From Sphyrna mokarran (Eukaryota), in the NCBI GenBank assembly GCA_024679065.1, contig JAGIQG010000014.1, forward strand, positions 7,502,001 through 7,566,000: 64,000 nt of DNA, given 5' to 3'. Of this stretch, positions 13,026 through 25,891 are shown piece by piece. The translations under genes and the position numbers were made by a program. The notes below the pieces were generated by a model. That model did no database searches. It saw only the letters and a list, made by a program, of their open reading frames with translations, and had not been told where the DNA came from. The number at the start of each line of letters is the position of its first letter. The first letter of the stretch is position 1.

Positions 13026-14100
13026 ATACTTGCAGTGTAAGGCAGAATCTGCGGTATAAGACAGGAGTTGCAGTATCTGTAGTGTAAATCAGTAGCTCCT
13101 GTAAAAGGTAGAACCTATGGTGCAATTAAATACTTGTGGCGTAAGGCAAAATTGTGTTTGCAAGGAAGTAGCTTCCATGTAAAAAATGTTGTACAGTGCA
13201 GTGTCTGTGGTTCAAGGAAGTATCTGTGGTTGAAGTTAGTATTATTGTGTAAGAAAATAACTGTGCTTTCAAGGAGAACCACTGGTGTGAGGCATTCACT
13301 GCGGAATTAGTCAGAGACTGTTCTGTAACCACAAAGTGTAATATAATGCAGTACCTGTGATGTGTGACAGAACCATTGGTGGAAGACATATCTCTTTCAT
13401 AAGGAAGAATATTAGAGGTTTGCTGCGGTGTAACACCAGTGGCGTAGGGCAAAACCGGTGGTGCAAGACAATGCTTGCAATATAATGCATACCTATTATG
13501 CATTATGCGCTACCTGACGTGTAACCCTACTGTGTATCCGTAGCGTAAGCAAGTAGTTTAAGTGTGAAACGGAATGTTTGGTGCAATGCCCCACTTAGGG
13601 TTGTAATGGAACATCCGCGGTTTCACGCAATACCTATATTGCAAGGTTGTACTGCGGTGTAAGGCACCATCTGGTACAAGACAGCGACTGCGGTTTAAGG
13701 GAGAAACTATGATGTATTGCATTGCCTGCGATGTAAGGCTGTACGTCATGAAAAAGGCAGTGCCTGAGATGTCAGACACCAGCCGCAGCATAAGGCGGTA
13801 TCTGTGGTTCAAGACCGTCCCTGAAGTGCAGGGCTGTTCCTGTAGTGCAATAAAGTACCTACGGTTTAAGACATTACCAGCGGTGAGCCGATCGTGTAAG
13901 GTGGTACCCCCGGTATACGATAGTCGCTTTAGTGTGCGCAGTATCTGCTGTTGGACCTGCTGTGTAGTCAATATCTGCGGTATGAGTATTAACTAAGTGC
14001 AACGCAGTTCCTCCGGTTTAAGTCAGTAATCGGATGCAAGATGGTTCCTGAGGTAATGCAATAAATGCGATGCAAGAAAGTACCTGCGATTTATCGTGGT
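13026..14100 (+). repeat. Degenerate 19-bp tandem satellite, block 3
   Basis: The same motif resumes right after the CR1 tail. Confidence 0.8.
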
Positions 14101-14215
14101 ACAAAAAAGCAACAAAGAACAAAACAGCACGGGAAACAGACCCTTCGGCCCAACGAGCCCGCGCCGCCACCCCGATGTTCTCACTTCTACCCGTGATCCC
14201 TGTCTATGTTTATAG
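14101..14215 (-). mobile_element. SINE/CR1-derived 3' tail fragment
   Basis: acaaagaacaaaacagcacgggaaacagacccttcggcccaacgagccc; near-identical to 35044-35149 and, in reverse, 38305-38370. Confidence 0.75.
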
Positions 14216-14479
14216 ATCTATGGTACATGCATCATAAAACTGTACATACATGCAGCGTAATTAGGACTGATGCAAACATATTTTAATCCACTATTAGAAA
14301 TACATCATTCATGTTCTCACTGACTGAGAGTAAGCCGTTACAGAAGAAAACACCAACAGTCAACGGCGGATAGCAATAGGAGGCAGAAGATACAACAGAG
14401 TGGAACAATGCTTCTGATATCCTTTATTTAAAGAGACGCTTTTTGTGGCAAGAAGGCCGGCATTTAAACGTGTACTTCA

Positions 14480-15411
14480 CTATTGCCTGAACAGGAAGAC
14501 TAGATTTAATTTTACATATTTTTGCAACATCAGAATCATTGTCCAAGGAGATTTCACGATCTTCTTCAGCTCTTCTCTGAATTTAACTTGTGTAACTGCA
14601 TAAATGCAACTGTTTGTGCATGAACTTAAATGGAGGAGGAAAGCTCCGGTTTCAGTGGCAATATACTCAGGGGATGTATAATCCGGCCGGTTATGAACGA
14701 TTGTACCAGAGACTAAATTACTAATGACTGCTGTCAGCCACAACAGTAGAAAGCTACTAGAAATAGTGAACGATAAAATAATAGACTTCCTTCGGTTCTG
14801 TATCTCTGGATCATTCTGATTCTCACTGCTTTGACCCCGGAGGCCCGCACGGACTTTGCTGGACAACAAAATCCGTCTGATTGTCAAAAAATTAAGTAGT
14901 AATATCGAAATGAAGGGAATCCAGTTCAATAAGATACTTTGTAACCACCTGACTGTCACACCAGTGTGAGAAGTATAAAAATCTTGTTTCGGGAGGACAC
15001 CCCATTGAACACCATTTACTGTACTTCTCTCTTTATATGCAAACCAAACGTACATGTTCTGTAAATAGATAAGGACCGTGGCTGTTGTTAAAACTGCAGC
15101 CGCTGTTCTCGCTGTGCAATAGATTGTTTTAAACTTCTGACTGCATATGGCAATATATCGGTCAAACGTGAATGAGACTGTAAACCATACTGACATATAC
15201 AGGTTATTACAAATCATAAATATCATTAATTTGCAAACAACAGTGTAGGAGAGGAATGAATTTGGAAAACGTTTTCTTAGAAGATTATACAAAATTATAT
15301 TGATGACCATCACCAACAAATCTGCTATTGCCATGGCCACCATGTAGATAGAGACACATCTGGAAAGGCCGCAATTTCCTTTGGCGAGGATCACAATGGT
15401 CACGAAATTCG
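14480..15411 (-). CDS. GPR139/GPR142-like class A GPCR, copy 1, coding exon 2 (gene 17840->14480, 333 aa spliced)
   Basis: 7TM ORF with ADLL (TM2), SVWFTVSFTFDRYIAIC (TM3), WIPF..LLN (TM5), RRKSIIL (TM6) and NSCIYAVTQ.KFREEL (TM7/H8). Acceptor ttctctctcgttcttacAG ends at 15412. Splices in phase 1 to exon 17771-17840 giving ...FGAP-A-NFVTIV; 70+932=1002 nt. Confidence 0.93.
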
Positions 15412-16019
15412 CTGTAAGAACGAGAGAGAAGAACCAAGTAACGGACGCAGTCTGATGACAGTCAAAGCATACTTCAATGAAATGTTTGGGTGCACTTTTA
15501 ATCAGTTAATGTCACGGACTCATTCTGTTGATCATACGAGCAGAGGCGATATATTTACTGAAATAGATCACCATAAACTCAATATTGAGGCACTCAATGC
15601 TTTCCCCATTGCAATAATTTAAGTGTAATCGTTTCCACATGTTGAGGGAAGGGTCGCCGGATTCCGTCGACAGAATGTTAATGGAAAGTTCACCTCAGCA
15701 CCATAGACAACAAAAAAAAACAAGTCTCTAATGAGATCAATTTGATTTCGGAGATTTGAATAAACCAGGTGATCTGGGATCAGCCTCCTTGCATCCATAT
15801 CGATTTAATTACAGTAAGCATCACCCGTGACACTGGTCTGAGACTCCATTCACCCTAAGTCGAAATCACACTTATTCTGCATGCCCTGGGGAAAATCCCC
15901 AGAAAGAAAATTTCGGTTTCCTCAATAAATTGTAGTTTTTCTTTTTCATTTCCTCAGTGAGTGTCACAAGCTCAAACATCTTCAGCTGCTTCATCGTGAC
16001 GTTTCTTCCACTACACGGT

Positions 16020-17012
16020 CAGAAGTGGGAATGATCATTCATGACTCTACAATATATAATATCGCACGCGAATCTTCAGATACCAAGACAGCCCATGTCC
16101 AATTGCAGCAAGATCAGGACAACATCCAAGTTTGGGCTGACAAGTTCCAAATGATGGTTGTGTCACGCACGTTTCAGGCAATGACCGCCTATAACAATAC
16201 ATAATCTAAGCATTTCCCCTCTACATTCGATGCCATCACGGAATCTGCAACTATTAGCATCAACCACAAACACAATCTGAACGGAACGAGCGATATGAAA
16301 ATAAAGTTTAACAAATCTCAGCAGGGCTGGCAGCTTCCGTTGAGGGAGAAAACAGTCATTGTTTTTTTAAGCATTCCCTACGTTTGCTTCAAATCTCAAC
16401 AAATGCTTATTTTAGCGAGTAAATAGCGTCCAGAGCAGCAACTCAACGGTTAGAAATCATGCGATAATTAGCTGACCCCTTGTCTCTCAAAAACCTGTGC
16501 ACTATTTATAAGTTGATGGAGTGATGGAATACTCTCCACTATCCTGCACGAGGGCGGCTCCAAGGATATTCAAAATGCTCCAGACAATGAAGGACGAAGC
16601 AGGCAGTTGGGTTGTTAATCATCCACAAAATGATAACGACCTCAACCGCAGACGCTCTGTAGCAGCGGTGAGCAGCATTTACAGGAACTCACCAGGCACC
16701 TTACACAGAATTATACTAAACTCTCAACCACTACCATTTACAAAGTGACGGGCAGCAGATATATGGGAATAACACCATCTTAACGTTTTCCCAAAGACAG
16801 TGACAAAACTGAGTGGAATATATATCGCCACTCATTCACTGTAGTTGTGCCAAATTCTTGGAACTCTCTTTCCCTCTACCAGCACTGTGGGTGCACTTAT
16901 AACTTGGACCGCAGCGAATCAGGAAGACAGCTCACCACCCTCATCCTAAGGGCAATGAGGAATGACCAATAAAGGACATCGATGCCCACATATCACAAAT
17001 TAATAAAATAAA
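16020..17012 (+). mobile_element. Degenerate CR1/L2-group LINE 3' part in the intron of GPCR copy 1
   Basis: caagatcaggacaacatccaagtttgggctgacaag (DL.NI..WADK), gtgatggaatactctccac (VMEYSP) and a 3' end gctcaccacc...gatgcccacat...aataaaataa. Confidence 0.7.
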
Positions 17013-17770
17013 TGCGACCAAGCAACTGATTCATTTCTATACAGTAATTTCCTTCGCTGCACTTTTGACAACTAAATCCATCTACCACGAGGCTTGTGTC
17101 AGGTGATGCGCCGGATGCACGGTAGAGCAATCGATTGAATTTAGTGTTTTAAATTTACTTGGAGGAGTATCTCAAGAGCTGCATTCGACATGAGGAGTAC
17201 ATATTAGCATTTCAAATAAATCAGTGAGATGACAAAATTGAAATAAATTTTGAAATGGAAATAAGTACGAAACTGATGGATTCTACTTTTTATCACCAGC
17301 GTAAGGGAACTGTCGGGCACAGAACGGGAAATAGCGGAACGGAAAACTGATTTGCATCTTTGAGGAGAGGAGCGGCCTTCTGAATAGTTTTTTTTTTATC
17401 CCTTGAAATAGCATCCAATGATTTCTGCTTTCCACAGAAGCGCATTTCGATGTATTGCCATCTTAAAGTGGTAAGAATACAGATTGTCATTGCAAATAAA
17501 TCGCATACATATCTATGAACTGTTGGAAGGGCAGAGAATCAGGCTCGATCTTCGTAAATGTGGGGAGGGAAGTTAAACTCCCGGTGTCACGTTCTTCTGA
17601 GCTGAACCGCAGCTCAGAGGCCATGCGAACCGTTGAGACTTTCCCTGATATTCAACAATTTAACTCGACAGAGAAAAGGCATTGCAATAATGACCGTCTC
17701 GCAATTAGTTGCTGAATCAGTGAGCAGTGAGATACTCCGCAACTATGAGGCAAATGGTACCTTGACTTAC

Positions 17771-17840
17771 CGGGAGCACCAAAAGCTGCTAGCACAGGAT
17801 AGAAAAGTTCCTTGATCTGAAGAATTAATGGACGGGCCAT
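17771..17840 (-). CDS. GPR139-like GPCR copy 1, coding exon 1 (MARPLILQIKELFYPVLAAFGAP)
   Basis: ATG at 17840; encodes the first half of TM1 (FYPVLAAFGAP); donor GTAAGT at 17770; 70 nt, phase 1. Confidence 0.9.
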
Positions 17841-17909
17841 TATGATATCGAGAAGAATGCAAACGTTTCACTAGATGCACCGTTGCATGTAAGATTCGTA
17901 AATTGTCCC

Positions 17910-18031
17910 CTTTTGTAATGTAATACGTTCCCTGGGGTGAAACATCAGGCTGCTTACGAATTGCAGCAACTTAACGCAAAAGATTCCTTTCCTCTGGTTG
18001 GCCAATCGACACACTGTCAGTTCGTCAATTA
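17910..18031 (-). promoter_or_regulatory. Putative proximal promoter of GPCR copy 1 (degenerate TATA and EBF-type sites)
   Basis: Positional homologue of the copy-2 promoter: TACAAAAG 17910-17917, ACCCCAGGGA 17929-17938, TAATTG 18026-18031. Confidence 0.45.
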
Positions 18032-19789
18032 ACATGTGTGATCAGAAAGGCATCCCAGAGCACATGTGTTCTGCATTGGTCCCAGAATTCAGAATGGAAC
18101 ATCCCAATTGACGCAATGTTTGATTCTGCCAGCTTCATCATGCACTTGTTTAAACGCACGCATTTAATGCGCAGCTTGCATCTATTTCGCTCCTGTTTCC
18201 CTGACTTTTCATTTGATGTGCATTGTGACAATTAGTGATGAATCGACTTTTTTTATTTGTGGCCATTATCTCACTTTCCTGTGTCTTTACTACATTCTGA
18301 ATTGTAGAAACTAAACTACAAATTCACTATGAATATTAATTTATCATTATCAATGCAAACTGTAATTAAATGTGTATGACCTACTGAATCATTACTTGAG
18401 GTGATACTATTTCAGATACTTCCGTGCCAATCCGTGAAACATAGATTAGGCTTGGCATATTTTTTGTCATCCCTCTGACGCATCAGTAAGAAATTGATAC
18501 GAAGCGATTAACACAGCTTGATGGGCACGTTACATTGCTCTAGATGAGTGGCAGCAAGCTACCGCTGGATATTGATCTCAGTGCAGCCGAGCTGCAAAGA
18601 AAATTTCAGAGTGCTTTGAAGCATTTTATTGCCCTCAACTGGAACTTTAGCTATTTGAGATTTCAGTCAATCAATAAGCGATGAAAATAGTTCCTTGCCG
18701 TGTGGACACGATATTTCATCCATTGAAACAGTTTTTGCAGGAGTCTACCCTGACCAATTAGCCAGTATTTAATTGACGAAATGTTTGCTGTCTCTGGACG
18801 AGCAATGCCTCCATTTTAACTCCTGATTCTTAAATTCAAATTCCACATAGCTACGCTACTGTCCATCAATATCATGACTTCCACCCAAAGATTTGCTAAG
18901 CTTTACTATTCTCTTATCTTGGCATTTTGGATACTGCTCGAATTTGGCTTTCGGATTTTCAACTGAATTTATCTAATATTCCAAATCACGAGTTCGTTTC
19001 CCCTTAAGAATCTATAGCAACCTTCATATTTGAGCAGGATTTTTCACGAGAGTTGATGCCTCCTTCTGTGCTCAGAGCCAGTGTTTTTACCATGTTTTCT
19101 ATTGATAAGTCTTTTAGCAAGAAGATTGGAAGGTTGGTTACTTCAATGACGCTTCAAAGACAAGCTGTTCTTGTGAAGAATAATATCTATTACATTTAAC
19201 TTTACTTAGTCGATCCATATGAAGTCACGAATTGGGATCTAGAGTATGCCCTTCAAAGTCTGCTCGTCCATTTAATACGTTTCAGGCTGATCTGGTTCTA
19301 ACTTCAATCCCACTTTCCTCCCAATTTTTGATTATCTTTCACCCCCTTGACGCTCAAGCAAAACATCTTACTATGCTTAAAATTATTAAAAGACACTATT
19401 TGTATTTGGAGACAGAGACTATGAGTGGCGCACGACCAAATGTAAGAGAAACAAAATCTATTCTCAGCCTTCAATTAGCGACCACTTATTTTTAAGCTTG
19501 CACTCCTCGTTCCAGATTTTCTGACAATAAAAAATATCCTCTCCACCTTCACTCATTAATGCTCCTCAGGATGGGAAAGCTTTTGATCAAGTCATCAATT
19601 ACTCTTGTCAATTCTTGTGGATGAAATTTAACCTCTCCAATCTTCCATCATCGAACAATTCAATTATTCCTAGAATTCGTGTAGTCGTCGAATATTCCTT
19701 CAGCAATGAAGAAGATCATTTTCATTTGTCATCCAAGGGTTGTGCTGACCAGTTATTGAGGTCTCTAATGAGCGTGATTTTCGTAGGTT

Positions 19790-22700
19790 CCACTGTAGTG
19801 AGGACAGGAGAATGCGGCTTGCAGGTCGTCGACGGCGGTATTCTTAGGTTTTTTTTTTAACGTGCCTTGATACTATCCATTACCTCACGAATGCGGATGC
19901 AGAGTTGGAAATTACACTCTTCCAGGCTTAGAGGTCCTGGGGAAATGTCTTGCATGATGCATTGTTAATTTTAAAATCCTGAATGATAACTTGCAAGGTG
20001 CCCTTTACACGTTTCGTCTGTGCACCACTGAAGAGTACTCTATTTTTTAGTTCAACACCGAAGATTTGAGAGGGAATCATTGCTCAGGCATTCCGGCGAC
20101 TGCTTCAATTCATCAGAGCAGTTTTTCTAACAACATTGGGAAAATCCTGACCATACCGGGTCTTCCGAGGACCTGTGTGTCTGGGAATTTGCCCTGCGTC
20201 TTGATTTTCTGACGTTTGTTGAGGCAGCAAAGGTAGAAGAGATGAATTTCATTCTGTGTCAGTTGTAGCCCGTCCAGGTCTCATTCTTGCAAAGAAGAAT
20301 GGAGATTGGGGTTGTTCAGTTGACATTGAACACGGCACTTCGCCTCACCCCTCAATTTCCGGTAAAGAGCAGCAACGATTTGGTAATTCTGGCCTTGGGC
20401 TCGCCATCCATCAGAACATAACGTGTGGAAGTGCTGCACATTTGGATGAACTTGTCCACAGGTCGCAACCTCTGTTTGTCTACTCTCAGTGCTAGCTCTT
20501 CATTGAGATTTACTTGGAGCAGATTGAAACATGACTTACGTCTTCTTTATACTGATGGCAAGACCGAACTTATTGCATGGAGCAGATCAATTATGCATTG
20601 CTCACTGAAAGCATTTAGTGCACAGTCGCCAGCAAATTCAAATTCATGTAATCTATCGTTGAGGAATTTCGTCTTGGTGGCGTCGCAAATTGAAAATCTG
20701 GTTGTTTGTTCCATAGCTGATTTCTATGCCTAATCCTTAGCCTCGATGGCATCAGTGCGGAGGGGTTAAGAACATGATGTTCAAGATAACCAGTGCCAGT
20801 ATGCAGCACTATTACACTCCATTGATGACAGTAAACAGGGCCAAAATCACATTGTCAAGGAGGAGGCGGGCCTGTATGCCATATTGCAACCATTGAATCA
20901 TCGGGTTGAGATTGTCTCGAAACCCAAACTTCTTTATAATCATCCAGAGCCCTTCGCTGCTGACAATTTCGAAGGCTTCGCTAGATGGATGAATTTGGGG
21001 CATTGTTCGGCATTTTGTTTTGGGCATTTCTCCTGCATTTGGCGAGCAACACACACCATGCCGATGGCTTCAATTCTGTTTTCTTTTACTCACACTGGCT
21101 CTCCGGAAAGAAGCCCTGCTCAAGTCAGTCGGTTTAGAAGCATTCTGGCAAAGTCCTTTCCGGAAATAGACGGTGCATATAATTAGTTGTGTTTGTCACA
21201 GGACTGGAGATTGACTTTATTTTTGCAGATGTGAGCAAAGAAGCAGTCATTGAAGTATTGTGGAAGATCCCTTTCCCCCCCATGTGAACTTCAGAGATGT
21301 GTGTACTTTGTGAGCCTGTATGATGCACCATATCTATAGATTTCTGCTGGAATTTGATCGGCTTCAGGAACTTTGTCATTTGACAATTACATCAAGCAGT
21401 GTCGATGGAGTGCCGAGATAAACGGTGGGATTAACCTGGGGATGTTTACTTTACTTCATTAATATGGGACAGTCAATTGAGGACATTATCGAGGGCTCAC
21501 CCGTCTGTAACATCAGAAATTACGTTGTGAGTACTGTCGACTCTAAAACACTGAATAGCGGAGAACAATTGTCTGGGTGAGCCCTAAGGAACATCTTGAC
21601 AGATTCGTAGCGGTGCCTCATGTAATTTTTGCCAACTCAGACTTACGTTTCATCTGTCTTTTGTCTCAGCCACTTGCCCTTCATCTCATGTAGTCTGCCT
21701 TGCAGTGTGCTACGAATGGGGTTACAAACAGTTACTATGTCTCCCAATGTTTCATTTCGTTTCATTAAGGCATTCTTTGTATTTTTGCTTCGAAAGGATG
21801 CCGGATTTCAGGGCCATTTTCATCAAAACATTCCTGATTCTTTCCCTCTGTGTGACCCAGTAACCGTTAAGCTGTGGCGTACACAGTGTCCCATCAGAAA
21901 CACCGAAGTCCCTCGATCTTGTCTCCGGGTTTCTGAAGGTCACTTGGCCTCCTTCGACCATCAGTGAACTGCAGTTGGATGTGTTCGATCTTTAAACTTG
22001 AGATTTTCAGTCGTTCGGTGATCGTATTCCCTTGAGGACGTTACTTTAACTGAATCTTCAGGCATGCTTTGGAGGTAACAGTGCTCAATCCAACAGTCGG
22101 TGCCGCATAGGGTCCGAATCATCTTTAGGTCCTGACCTTTTGCAGTTCATGAGGTTCCAAAAGCCATCTTTTGCGTCGACGATTTCAGGATGTCTGAATT
22201 TGGCATGGGAGCCAGAAAACTGTGCTGGTGAGATGAAGTTCATGCTCAGCGTTAAATTGCAAGCGTGACAGTCCATTGCTGTTGCTTTTGCCAAATGCGT
22301 TTTCAGGACGACACCTCCCCAAGTTTGGTTATCTGTGCTGACTCTGGCATTAAAGTTACCAATTTTTGTTCAGCTTGTCGATGTCGCTATAATCAGGAAG
22401 TCAGCAAGTGACTTCACAGAACTCAATATATATAGTTTTTACTGTTTTGCTTCCTGTCAGCCATTGTGATCTTGCAAGATATGAGACAGCCATTTAAACT
22501 CTCTTGAAGGCTGATCAACGTGTTCACCATTTCATGATTTTTTTTTGCACAAAACCCCCATCGGCCTCGGTCCTGTCCTCTTTGGGTGAACAGTTCCAGA
22601 ACGAAGTGCATCCAACCCCTCTTTCCCTGAATTGAAATTCCTCTGCCAGGCACATTCTGCTAAGTGCGGCAATGCCAACTTTAATTCGGCATGGGCCTCT

Positions 22701-22990
22701 GCCCTGGAGGTCAGTTTTTCTGTTTTATCAGCTTGGCTGTTGGCCAAGAGGATGCGTACATTCCTTGCACCAAAAGTGAGATTTATCACATTTGTTTTCT
22801 TCCTCTTTTTGATATTGCTGCCGTTAAAGAGGTAAGTACTCCAAAGCGGCTTCTGTAATTTAGGTATTTTTTGGGAGGGACACTCTTCCTATCTCGTACC
22901 TCGGACGTTTTTTTGCGCAGTGCTGTCTTTAAAATGGCTCTTCAGTCTTTCAACGCATTCAACGCTGCTTCGCTTCAGTGACAGATCACC
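19790..22990 (-). mobile_element. Near full-length (~3.2 kb) degenerate RTE (BovB-like) LINE
   Basis: APE endonuclease start LTFGARNVRILL (22789); RT segment GLWMIIKKFG...GIQARLLLDN...FTVINGV (21054-20812); C-terminal KR.K.TL-like motif near 20000; many stops and frameshifts. Confidence 0.82.
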
Positions 22991-23152
22991 CCATGGCCTG
23001 AGCCACCTATATGCAGATTCACAGCTCCATTTAGAGTGTGTCACTCAAGCTGTTTTGTCCCTTATTCCACGCATTTGAGATTTGGATGATAGAAATATGG
23101 AGAGAATTTGATTTTAAGTAAGGGACAGTTGACTCACTCGCTACTCGTGTAT

Positions 23153-23794
23153 TGCGAGAGAATAAAATCTCACAAAAAATTGTAATTACGTATATTCTTA
23201 CGAGAACTTTTAAGTAAGGTCCGTATGATAAAATGTGACGAGATCAGCATGTTAATCGATAATAGCTAATGTGATCAAAGTATGTTGACCAATGTGATAG
23301 AATCAGTATGGTAATCACTTATAATCAATGGATGTAAGCAGTAACAGCCTCGGGAAATAATGGTTGTTGATCAGTTACTCAGCTTAAATATGATCATGAA
23401 GGGTAGAATGAAGTAAATATGTTCTCTTTATCATTCGGTTAGGCTAGCTAAGCCACAATTGTTATATAAGCAGAATGAATTGGGCAAGGACAGATTGTAA
23501 CTATCATGGTTTCACTGTATCAAATAGTGACCAATCCGAAACGAAGCAGATAACCAATAGCTCAGCAAAAATAGCGGTTAAAGAAATCCAACCTTGAGAA
23601 TGAGATAAGGGTCTCGGGGTATGTAACTACAGCAAATATAAAAAGACTGTAAGCGAGCAGTTCGTTGGATTGCTCCGTACATCCCGTCTCTATTCTCTTG
23701 CACTGAAGAATGAAATCTTTTTACCTGGGAGATCAAGGCTCAGACTCTCATTTGATCAGCTAAAAGTTCGTTGTCATCCTGGGGAAGCACGACA
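23153..23794 (+). mobile_element. Solo LTR (642 bp, TG...CA, 4-bp TSD GTAT)
   Basis: Absent at the paralogous site (2744 gtatccagcac); GTAT at 23149-23152 and 23795-23798; CCAAT boxes near 23532 and 23554; TATAAAAAG near 23637. Confidence 0.85.
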
Positions 23795-24044
23795 GTATCC
23801 AGTGGCAGCACTGAATCCAGATGGCTGGATTTAAGCAGGGCGCACTAGGTGATCTCCTTGTGTCTCGTTTTGCTCATCGTGCTCCATAATACTTTGATGA
23901 TTCTGCCTTTCATTCTGCTGAATGTGCTAGTGTTTCTTCCACGCAGTCAGTAAGATTTCTCACATTCAGGTAGGCTAGCCAAGTCTCACTGATGACGTCA
24001 GCACACCCGTTACTCTCAACTGTTTTATCTCCCTCGCAGAAGTA

Positions 24045-24250
24045 ATTTACCGTGCTGTGGAAGCAGCCGCCTTGGATTCCTGGCCTGGGTCACTGTATAT
24101 GCGCGCTCTGCCCGTTCTTCCCGTCTCTTCGTGGGTTTCCTCTGACTTTATGGGCTTGTTCGCACTGTCAGAAGTTCGTGCTGGTTTGCTGCTTTAACGA
24201 TGCTAATTTCTCCTTCAGATTACCCGCATAGGTACTGGAATATGACAGCT
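24045..24250 (+). mobile_element. Degenerate HE1-type SINE (duplicate of 2990-3190)
   Basis: ggattcctggcctgggtcactgt...cccgtctc...gtgggtttcctc core. Confidence 0.55.
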
Positions 24251-25887
24251 TGGGAATTTTTATAGCCACTTCATTGCGGTGCAAATGTTACCCGACGTAT
24301 GACACAAATACATAAACATAGCTTAATCTTAATTTCAACAGCCACTTGGAGCCTTAGTTGAGAGATGAGTGCCATATGGTGTCTGGAGCGTGCGAACTGC
24401 TCCAAGAAGAGCGCAGCACGTTCCCTGACATGGACCTTTCTCCTGTCACCCCTTACACTACAAAATACAATTAGAGTACTTTACCATCTCTGAACTGCTT
24501 CTAAAATGTTCGCACTTTCTTTGATAAAGAGGGCAATTCTCTTGCATTTTGTGATTTGAACAATTGAGAAATATACAGAATGATCTTCCTTGTCTCCACG
24601 CTGCCACAACAAGCACTATATATAAAGAAAAACATTTTCCTAGTCTCAGAATCAATTTCCATGTCGCTGTGGATTTCCATTTCTTTAGGGCAGAAGAAGA
24701 AGGAACAGGAGTACGCAATTCAACCCCTCTAACATACTGTGCCATTCCATACAATAAGAATTAATCTATCGCACTCTTAACTACACTTTCCTGACGGTTC
24801 ACCAAAAACCTTCAACTTTATTAATAATAACAATAGCTGTCTCCTGCTTAAATATACTCGATGGCCCGCTATCCACCCCATTGTTGTGCAGTGAATTCTA
24901 CAGATTCACAATCCTTTGAGAAGGATAATTGCACCTCACCTTTGCTTAATGTTTGCTACCCTTTATCTAAGAGTAAGACCTTTCGTTTTAGACTGTCTCT
25001 TCGTTGGAAGTTTGCTTTCCACCTCTACGTTGCAAATTTCTAATGCTGATGTGCGCCATAGAAAGATAATGAGTTACAGAGACATGACGTACAAGTTTTC
25101 AATCATGGTATCATGGCCTTATGTTGCATCTGAACTGACATTCAGAACTAAAACACCCCAGATTTGTCCCTGCACATGGCCCGTGAAAGAAATAAAATGG
25201 TTACATTGGTTCATTTCACAGGACTGAGGAAATTGTTAAAGCACCTTGATGACAATTGACTTTTTGTGCAATATTGAAAGACATACATCGGGTAAAATCC
25301 TGTCATTGCAGACTGCTACAAAAAAGGCTGACTCTAAGTTCGCCACTCAGAACATTAAGGTGTACGTTATTTATGAGAACCCGAGCAAAAATACGATAAT
25401 CATGCAACAAAGAAGAGAATTTCGAAGAGAACACAAAAGCACAGTTGACAAAAGTATGCAAATTCGTCGCTGCTGAACTGCTTTAATGTTTTACTTTTAA
25501 CTTTGGAAAAGTATGCTTGTAATTGCTGAATTGAAATCGACATGTATCTCATTTGAGGATGCCAGAGGAATGTTGTGTATTGAGGTCTGTATCTTGAAGT
25601 AACATATGTAAAACTTATTGATTAGCAACCAGAGGGAAAACTCAGTTAGTTACACCTCTGAAACACTGGACAATGTGTTACTGAATAAGCCAGTCCTTCA
25701 GAAGACATGGTTTATTTAAATCTGCAATTCAACATAAAGGAACAATGATGGTGACAGTGGGGCTTGAGAGTTTTTTTTTGGAGTTTGGGACGAGTGTAGG
25801 GGCTGGGGGAGTTGTAAGGGAAGAGGAGTGAATGATTGGAGCCTGCAGGAGGTTGCAGTTGTCTGCTCAAAGGGGATGGGGAGTGTG

Positions 25888-25891
<4 letters not shown>

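Larger units (their letters stand above)
1..19780 (+). repeat. Tandem segmental duplication unit A (contains GPCR copy 1; begins before the window)
   Basis: Position 1 (caacctctgtttgtttactctcagtgctag) recurs at 20466; colinear similarity of roughly 80-90% continues to 19761 vs 35021. Confidence 0.92.

Noticed and set aside
7860-14100. CRISPR-like or coding interpretation of the periodic repeat, including the Cys/Val-rich ORFs at 9381-10335 and 13126-13996
   Set aside because: Contiguous degenerate 19-mers with no unique spacers, a eukaryotic context and no cas genes; the ORFs are chance products of the repeat.
14480-17840. Assigning the gene symbol GPR139
   Set aside because: These are divergent multi-copy paralogues; orthology to true GPR139 cannot be shown from the window.
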